Shown: piece by piece, positions 58,415-64,000 of the stretch | Layout: each line of letters starts with the position of its first letter | Numbering within the stretch: the first letter of the stretch is position 1 | Assembly (NCBI GenBank): GCA_048887225.1 | Contig: JBHLJY010000010.1 | Span: 1-64,000, forward strand | DNA from: Candidatus Hodarchaeota archaeon | GTDB lineage: Archaea; Asgardarchaeota; Lokiarchaeia; Sigyniarchaeales; SOKP01 | Direction: 5' to 3' | Length of the DNA stretch: 64,000 bases | Notes under the pieces: model-generated | The model's input: the letters and a program-made list of their open reading frames with translations, nothing else | Told to the model about the DNA's origin: nothing | Database searches by the model: none | Translations under genes and position numbers: made by a program

Positions 58415-60625
58415 ATGAAAAAGATTAATTTTCCATTTACAGCGATATTAGGACAAGACAAAATGAAAATGGGCTTAATTTTAAATGTAATTGATCCTCA
58501 AATTGGTGGAGTTTTATTAACAGGTCACCAAGGGACTGGGAAGTCAACCGCCGTGAGATCTTTAGTGGAAGTTATGCCAAAAATAGAAACAATTGAAGAC
58601 TGTCAATTTTCTTGCGATCTAAAATCAAATATCGATGATCTCTGTGCTTCCTGTCGCGAGAAAAAGGAAAAAGGAAAATTAAAAACATATATTCGAGAAA
58701 TGAAAATTGTGAACCTACCTCTTGGGGTTACTGAAGATATGGTATGCGGAAGTTTATCCATTGATAAAGTTCTTACAGAAGGAACTTCAGAACTTCATCC
58801 AGGCTTATTGGCTAAAGCAAATCGAGGGATTTTATATGTCGATGAAATTAATCTATTACAAGATCATATAGTTGATGTTCTATTAGATGCTGCAGCCTCA
58901 GGAGTTAATATAATCGAAAGAGAAGGAATCTCTGTTATGCACCCCTCTAGGTTTGTACTAGTTGGCTCAATGAATCCTGAAGAAGGAGAATTAAGGCCTC
59001 AAATAGCCGATCGATTAGGTTTGGAGGTAAAAATTAAGGCGCCTCGTGATCCTGTTTTACGGGCTGAAATTACAAAGCGAGTAATAGAATTTGATGACAA
59101 TCCGAAAGAATTCGTAAAAAAATTTGATAAGAAACAAGAACAACTAAAGCAAAAAATTATTAAGGCAAGAGATATAATAAAAGAAGTTCAGATTCCAGCG
59201 AAGATTTATGAATTAGTATCAAAAATCGTTAATGATCTCGGGATTTTCTCACAAAGAGCAGATATCACTTTCATTAGATGTGCTAGAGCTCACGCTGCTT
59301 TAAATAATAGAAGGAAGATTGAACAGGAGGATCTCAATGTTGCTATGGATTTAGTTTTCGAGCATCGTATTGCATCATTACATTATGAACTGACACCTAA
59401 AGAGATAAAAGCAAAAATTACCGAAGTTTACGGAAAAATTGAAGAAGCATACGAAGACCCAAAAATATATAAGTCAAATCCGGAAACTGAAGGGCCTTTA
59501 AAGCACGATGATGCTGCGCAAGAAGAATTCAAACGGCAATCTGTTGATCCTGATAAAGTAGATGTTGGAGAAACGAAAGAACAAAAACTTCCTCCTCCTA
59601 AATATCCAGATAAGAAAAAGAGAAAAGCAAGACCAGCAGGTGGCTGGAAAGTTAAGGATATACCAATTGAAGAAGCGGATAATTTTAATTTATCAGATGA
59701 TGATTTTGATATAATCCCCTTTATTTATAAGATGGAAAAAAAAATGACTTCTATTTTAGATAATATTCGCAAGGATCGTAGAATTTCTGATTATGGAGGT
59801 CGGGGGATTGGTCGTAGAATTAAAATAGCGTCATCTCAAAAAGGAAGATACGTATCGTATCGAAGTCCTAGAGGTCAACAACCAAAAAGTATTGCATTAG
59901 ATGCTACAATAAGGAATTACTTAAAAAATATTATTTACAATCAAACGGAAATTAACTTTCCGATTAGATTTAATAAATACGATTTGATGGATAAAATTTA
60001 CGAATATCGGGCACCTTTAGCGCTATTTTTTGTCCTTGACAGTTCAGCGTCAATGTACTATGTTATTAAACAAATGACTGATGTTATTTTATCTTTACAA
60101 AAAGAAGGATATAGGAAAAGAGATAAAATTTGCCTTATAATCTTTAGAGGTAAAGAAGCAGTTGTTTTGCAGAAACCTACTGTTAATTTTAAATATGCAG
60201 TAAATAAGTTAAAAAAAATAGAAGGAAAATCATATACACCAATGGCAGCTGCTTTAAGGAAGGTTATGGATTTAATAAAAGTAGAGAGAATGAAAAATCG
60301 AAATATAGTTCCTGTAATTTTTATTTGTTCAGACTGTGGTGCTAATATTTCAGCGAAATATCCTGAGTTGATTGCTCAAATCGAAAGTGACTATGCTGTG
60401 GTTATTCAAGAATTAAAGGAATTGACCAAAAAACTGACAAAACAAAAAGTTCACATAGTTGTGTTAGAACCAAAGAAATCATATGCAACGCAAGCACTCG
60501 GTGTACATCCATATTCTGCTGATAAAATAAAAAAAAATTTTAAGAAGTATGGTAATGCTGAGATATATAAGTTCGATCGTTATAATCCGTCTTCTTTGAT
60601 CCTTGAATTAAAAAAGATTCTTTAA
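58415..60625 (+). CDS. ChlI/ChlD-like AAA+ ATPase fused to a vWA domain
   Basis: FPFTAILGQ, GHQGTGKS, LYVDEIN, MNPEEGELR; MIDAS DSSAS...TP...SD. Confidence 0.88.
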   Translation: MKKINFPFTAILGQDKMKMGLILNVIDPQIGGVLLTGHQGTGKSTAVRSLVEVMPKIETIEDCQFSCDLKSNIDDLCASCREKKEKGKLKTYIREMKIVNLPLGVTEDMVCGSLSIDKVLTEGTSELHPGLLAKANRGILYVDEINLLQDHIVDVLLDAAASGVNIIEREGISVMHPSRFVLVGSMNPEEGELRPQIADRLGLEVKIKAPRDPVLRAEITKRVIEFDDNPKEFVKKFDKKQEQLKQKIIKARDIIKEVQIPAKIYELVSKIVNDLGIFSQRADITFIRCARAHAALNNRRKIEQEDLNVAMDLVFEHRIASLHYELTPKEIKAKITEVYGKIEEAYEDPKIYKSNPETEGPLKHDDAAQEEFKRQSVDPDKVDVGETKEQKLPPPKYPDKKKRKARPAGGWKVKDIPIEEADNFNLSDDDFDIIPFIYKMEKKMTSILDNIRKDRRISDYGGRGIGRRIKIASSQKGRYVSYRSPRGQQPKSIALDATIRNYLKNIIYNQTEINFPIRFNKYDLMDKIYEYRAPLALFFVLDSSASMYYVIKQMTDVILSLQKEGYRKRDKICLIIFRGKEAVVLQKPTVNFKYAVNKLKKIEGKSYTPMAAALRKVMDLIKVERMKNRNIVPVIFICSDCGANISAKYPELIAQIESDYAVVIQELKELTKKLTKQKVHIVVLEPKKSYATQALGVHPYSADKIKKNFKKYGNAEIYKFDRYNPSSLILELKKIL

Positions 60626-60679
60626 TGGCAAATCTAAGTTCTAAAATTTATTTTTTAATACTAATTTAAGGTTAATATA

Positions 60680-61915
60680 GTGAAATCCATTTTAGTTGTG
60701 GGATTTAACACGCGTCCATTAGCATATTCCCTGAAAAATGCGGGGTATGAGGTATATGCTGTAGATTTTTTCGGTGATCTGGATTTATATCCAAATATAA
60801 AGGATTGCATAATTGTTATTAAGAAGCTGCAGACTAATTATTCACTAATTAAAGATAGATATAGCAAATTTTTAGCTGAATTTACTATAGATTTAATGCA
60901 AATGTACCCTAAGATAAATTATATCTTAATTAGCAGTGGTTTAGACGATTCATATAAAGAAAGAGAAATGATTCTAAATGAGATAAAAAAAAGCAAATAT
61001 AAGATTTTAAGCCTTAATAACAAAATAGATACAATTAAAAAAGCTCGAAATATTGAAAATATTTATAATATTTTAAAATCTAAAGAGTATCACGTTCCTT
61101 TAACGTACTCCTTTGAGGAGTTTAAATCCAAAATCTATAAATTTGAATTTCCTTTTATTTTTAAAAAAAAAAAAGGATCTGGTGGGATTAATGTCAACAA
61201 GATTGAAAACGAGAATCAATTATCTTTTTTTATAAAGAAGCAAAAAATCAAGCGCTTTAATCCATCAGATTGGCTAATTCAAGAATATATAAAAGGATTG
61301 CCTATTAGTTGTACGGTTATATCAAATGGTTTAGAATGTGAAGTAATCTCGATCAATAGACAACTTATTGGATTAAAATTTCTAAATCCTCCTAAAGAAT
61401 TTATGTATTGTGGTAATATAGTTCCTGCTAATATAATTAAAGAGGATGAAAAATTAATTTCTGAGATTTCAGTATTTTTAACTAAAACGCTCGGTTTAAG
61501 GGGTATAAATGGATTTGATTTTGTATTGAAAGATCATTATCCTTATCTGATGGAGATCAATCCAAGAATACCTGGTTCTATTAATGTTTCGGAAACTGTT
61601 TTGAATTTAAACTTATTAGATTTACATATAAAAAGTTTTATAAATTCTAAATGGGAATTTATTAAAAATACAATTAACTGTACTAAACCTAAAGGATTTG
61701 CAACTAAATTGATAATGTTTGCTCCAAAAGAAATTGATAAGGAAGTAATACCAAAAATAAATCAACTTGAAAATGTATACGATAAAACTGAACCAAAAAC
61801 AGTATTAAAAGACGAACCTTTATGTACAATATTATATAAAGATAAAAATTTTTCAGAATCTTATTTTGGAGCGTTAAAAATTGTAAATGAAATAAAGAAA
61901 ATTATAGGGGATTAA
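60680..61915 (+). CDS. ATP-grasp enzyme (family associated with archaeal C1-cofactor genes)
   Basis: DFFGDLD, KGSGG, IQEYIKG, YCGN, GFDFV, EINPR. Confidence 0.85.
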   Translation: MKSILVVGFNTRPLAYSLKNAGYEVYAVDFFGDLDLYPNIKDCIIVIKKLQTNYSLIKDRYSKFLAEFTIDLMQMYPKINYILISSGLDDSYKEREMILNEIKKSKYKILSLNNKIDTIKKARNIENIYNILKSKEYHVPLTYSFEEFKSKIYKFEFPFIFKKKKGSGGINVNKIENENQLSFFIKKQKIKRFNPSDWLIQEYIKGLPISCTVISNGLECEVISINRQLIGLKFLNPPKEFMYCGNIVPANIIKEDEKLISEISVFLTKTLGLRGINGFDFVLKDHYPYLMEINPRIPGSINVSETVLNLNLLDLHIKSFINSKWEFIKNTINCTKPKGFATKLIMFAPKEIDKEVIPKINQLENVYDKTEPKTVLKDEPLCTILYKDKNFSESYFGALKIVNEIKKIIGD

Positions 61916-62092
61916 TCATTACTTCATATTTGCTTTAATTTTGCTATAAGTTGATAATCAAAACTATACTTGAAAAAAATTAAAATTATATTTTATTAAG
62001 AATGCTATTATTATATTTATTTAGAATAAAAAAGTTAATACTATATATTTTTAAAATGGAATGAAAGATTTTCGTTAAAGTTTAGTGGCCTA

Positions 62093-62920
62093 ATGATGGA
62101 AACGGAAGATTTAAAAAGCAAAATTAAAACTTTATATGACACAATTAATAATCTTAAGGATTCTCTAAATCTAAAAGATGATCAATTAAATACAATGCAA
62201 TCTACATTGAATTTAAAAGATGAACAAATAAAGACACTAGAAAACTCGTTAAAATTAAAAGAAGAAAAAATAGATACTCTAGAAAAGACGGTAAAACTTA
62301 GAGAAGAAGAAATAAAATCTACAGCGGACTCAACAGTTGATAAGGAATTAGTAGATGAAAAAGAAAAAAAAATTGAAGACCTTCAAAAAGAAGTTGAAAT
62401 ATTAAACGATGAATTAAGCAAACTAGACGAAGAAATCGAACAATTAGAATTAGAAAACAAAAAATTAAAAGAAATAAGTTCTAGTTCCTCGGATTCAAAA
62501 ATAATCGATTTCACAAATATTGTAATTAGTAAATCAGAGATTATAGAGAAAATGCGAGAAATTCTTCAAAAAGCCCTCCATAGTGTAACAATTGTAGTTC
62601 CTACTATAACAGATTTACAAGATCTTTATCTATATGAAGTAAGATCTTCCGTTAATATGAAAATCTCATGTGAAATTAATCCTGGAATTGAAGAAAACAC
62701 TGAATTATTGGATGAATATGAAAGCCTTGATAACATCTCTCTAAGGAATTTTGAAGGAAGTGATAGGTATGTCATAATAAGAGATGGCGAGGAGTTGTTA
62801 TTATGTATAATTGGTAAAAACGAAGATAATCATTTAGTCTTTCACACGAGTGATTCCGCCCATATAAAACTTCTAAATTCCCTCACAATGGAGGCATGGT
62901 TGAGAAGCAGAAAGATATAA
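62093..62920 (+). CDS. Coiled-coil protein with C-terminal PLD/TrmB-like alpha/beta domain
   Basis: 14-aa repeats LxLKxxQxxT; C-terminal ILQKALHSVTIVVP...VIIRDGEELL, no HxK motif. Confidence 0.6.
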   Translation: MMETEDLKSKIKTLYDTINNLKDSLNLKDDQLNTMQSTLNLKDEQIKTLENSLKLKEEKIDTLEKTVKLREEEIKSTADSTVDKELVDEKEKKIEDLQKEVEILNDELSKLDEEIEQLELENKKLKEISSSSSDSKIIDFTNIVISKSEIIEKMREILQKALHSVTIVVPTITDLQDLYLYEVRSSVNMKISCEINPGIEENTELLDEYESLDNISLRNFEGSDRYVIIRDGEELLLCIIGKNEDNHLVFHTSDSAHIKLLNSLTMEAWLRSRKI

Positions 62921-62948
62921 AATTTTTGCTCTTTCTTTTTTAATATAT

Positions 62949-63800
62949 TTAAAGCTCTATAAAAGATCTTTTTCTTTTATTAAAAAATGTTAATTGATTA
63001 TACCCAATTTCTTTAATTAATTCAATTATTTTTTTAAATTGATAAGCAAGTTCATTAGGCTCATGTGCGTCAGATCCTAATAATATTGGGATATCTAACT
63101 CGTACATTTTTTTTATGATATCTTCACTTGGGTATTGTTCTTTGATATCTTTTCTAAATCCAGCAGTATTAATTTCTACAACTAGATCTCTCTTTTTAAT
63201 GAGATCCAGCGCTATAGAAACTTCATCACAAATTAATTTTTTTACATTCTCACTAGGAAATTTATTGAATTTTTTAGGTAAATCAAAATGACTAACAATA
63301 TCTAAATCAAATTCCGTTGAATTTAGCATTTTTTGCATAGTATGATAGTATTGCAAAAAAACATTATCAGGCCCTAAAGAATTATACTGTTTTAAAAATC
63401 TATTATCATCCATTCCCCAAGGGCCATCTTCTGAGAGTAATACATGTACAGATCCGAAAATATAATCTAAACGCGATTTAATTTTATTCAGATGAACATT
63501 AAGTCCGTCTAATTGGCCTTCTATAAAATCAATTTCAAATCCTATTTTTATATCAATTTTTTCATGGTACTTTTCTTTTAAATATTCGATTGTTGAGATA
63601 TAAGTCTCAATTTCGTTCAAAATCATAGCATAATCCTCTATAGGAATTTCGTCGATTCCTATTAAATAATCATATGGAAAATGATCGCTCATGCCTATTA
63701 GGTCTAAATCCAACTCAACAGCTTTTTTAATATAATCCTCCAGTGATCCAATAGCATGATGACACATTGAATTATGAGTATGCCAATCTTGCAACTTCAT
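62949..63800 (-). CDS. Histidinol-phosphatase, PHP (HisJ/HisK) family
   Basis: DWHTH, SDH, GFEID, GSVH, HFDL, EINT, GSDAH. Confidence 0.9.
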   Translation of the reverse strand: MKLQDWHTHNSMCHHAIGSLEDYIKKAVELDLDLIGMSDHFPYDYLIGIDEIPIEDYAMILNEIETYISTIEYLKEKYHEKIDIKIGFEIDFIEGQLDGLNVHLNKIKSRLDYIFGSVHVLLSEDGPWGMDDNRFLKQYNSLGPDNVFLQYYHTMQKMLNSTEFDLDIVSHFDLPKKFNKFPSENVKKLICDEVSIALDLIKKRDLVVEINTAGFRKDIKEQYPSEDIIKKMYELDIPILLGSDAHEPNELAYQFKKIIELIKEIGYNQLTFFNKRKRSFIEL

Positions 63801-63839
63801 TTTATTATTAAATTAAATTTATTAGAAAGATTAAATGAA

Positions 63840-64000
63840 TCAAATACTTTCTATTTTTCTTCTTTCTTCCTCTAATTTCCTCTCTCTCTTCCACTCTTTT
63901 CTTTCCTTATGTGTCATATGCTGATCATACCTTTTAATATAAAGTTCTTCGTATTTTTTTCTTAAATCCTCTACATCTTCAATATGTCCTAGAACATCTT
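63840..64000 (-). CDS. 3' end of a gene running off the window (charged helical C-terminus)
   Basis: Open frame DVLGHIEDVEDLRKKYEELY...RKLEEERRKIESI, stop TGA at 63842-63840. Confidence 0.6.
   Translation of the reverse strand, partial: DVLGHIEDVEDLRKKYEELYIKRYDQHMTHKERKEWKRERKLEEERRKIESI

Noticed and set aside
58415-60625. Mg-chelatase implying (bacterio)chlorophyll synthesis
   Set aside because: ChlI/D-like AAA-vWA proteins are widespread in non-phototrophic archaea; no other pigment genes are present here

Overview
Very AT-rich archaeal chromosomal window, most likely from an Asgard archaeon (Lokiarchaeia/Promethearchaeota-like). This is inferred from several small GTPases, longin/uDENN-like domains, three Rpn11/CSN5-like MPN proteins, PAC2, archaeal TATA boxes and GGTG Shine-Dalgarno motifs, and a tRNA intron with a bulge-helix-bulge. 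0-5.4 kb: thiol-redox/cysteine genes (PDO, TrxB, tRNA-Cys with a 59/60 T-loop intron, CysRS). 5.6-26 kb: accessory cell-surface island with two tandem receptor-like proteins, NosD-type beta-helix proteins, a clostripain, and a four-gene membrane operon carrying LEA_2-like and SCP2-like domains. Its transcription units share non-coding modules: a palindrome exactly 36 nt from the TATA box, a leader hairpin and dispersed repeats. Three of these units have no intact gene. 26.4-31 kb: PAS histidine kinase - receiver - receiver/longin(uDENN) fusion - Rab-like GTPase, which I rate the best candidate for an undescribed system (a phosphorelay wired to a eukaryote-like GTPase regulator). 31-47 kb: Lrp pair, Fe-S (IscS, two IscU), beta-CASP nuclease, Zn/Cu efflux, cysteine synthase. 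47-64 kb: active and catalytically dead MPN/JAMM coiled-coil paralogs, a longin-pseudoGTPase, AAA+/vWA, ATP-grasp and a PHP phosphatase. No CRISPR array, rRNA or transposase was seen. All family calls are by-eye motif recognition; no searches were run.
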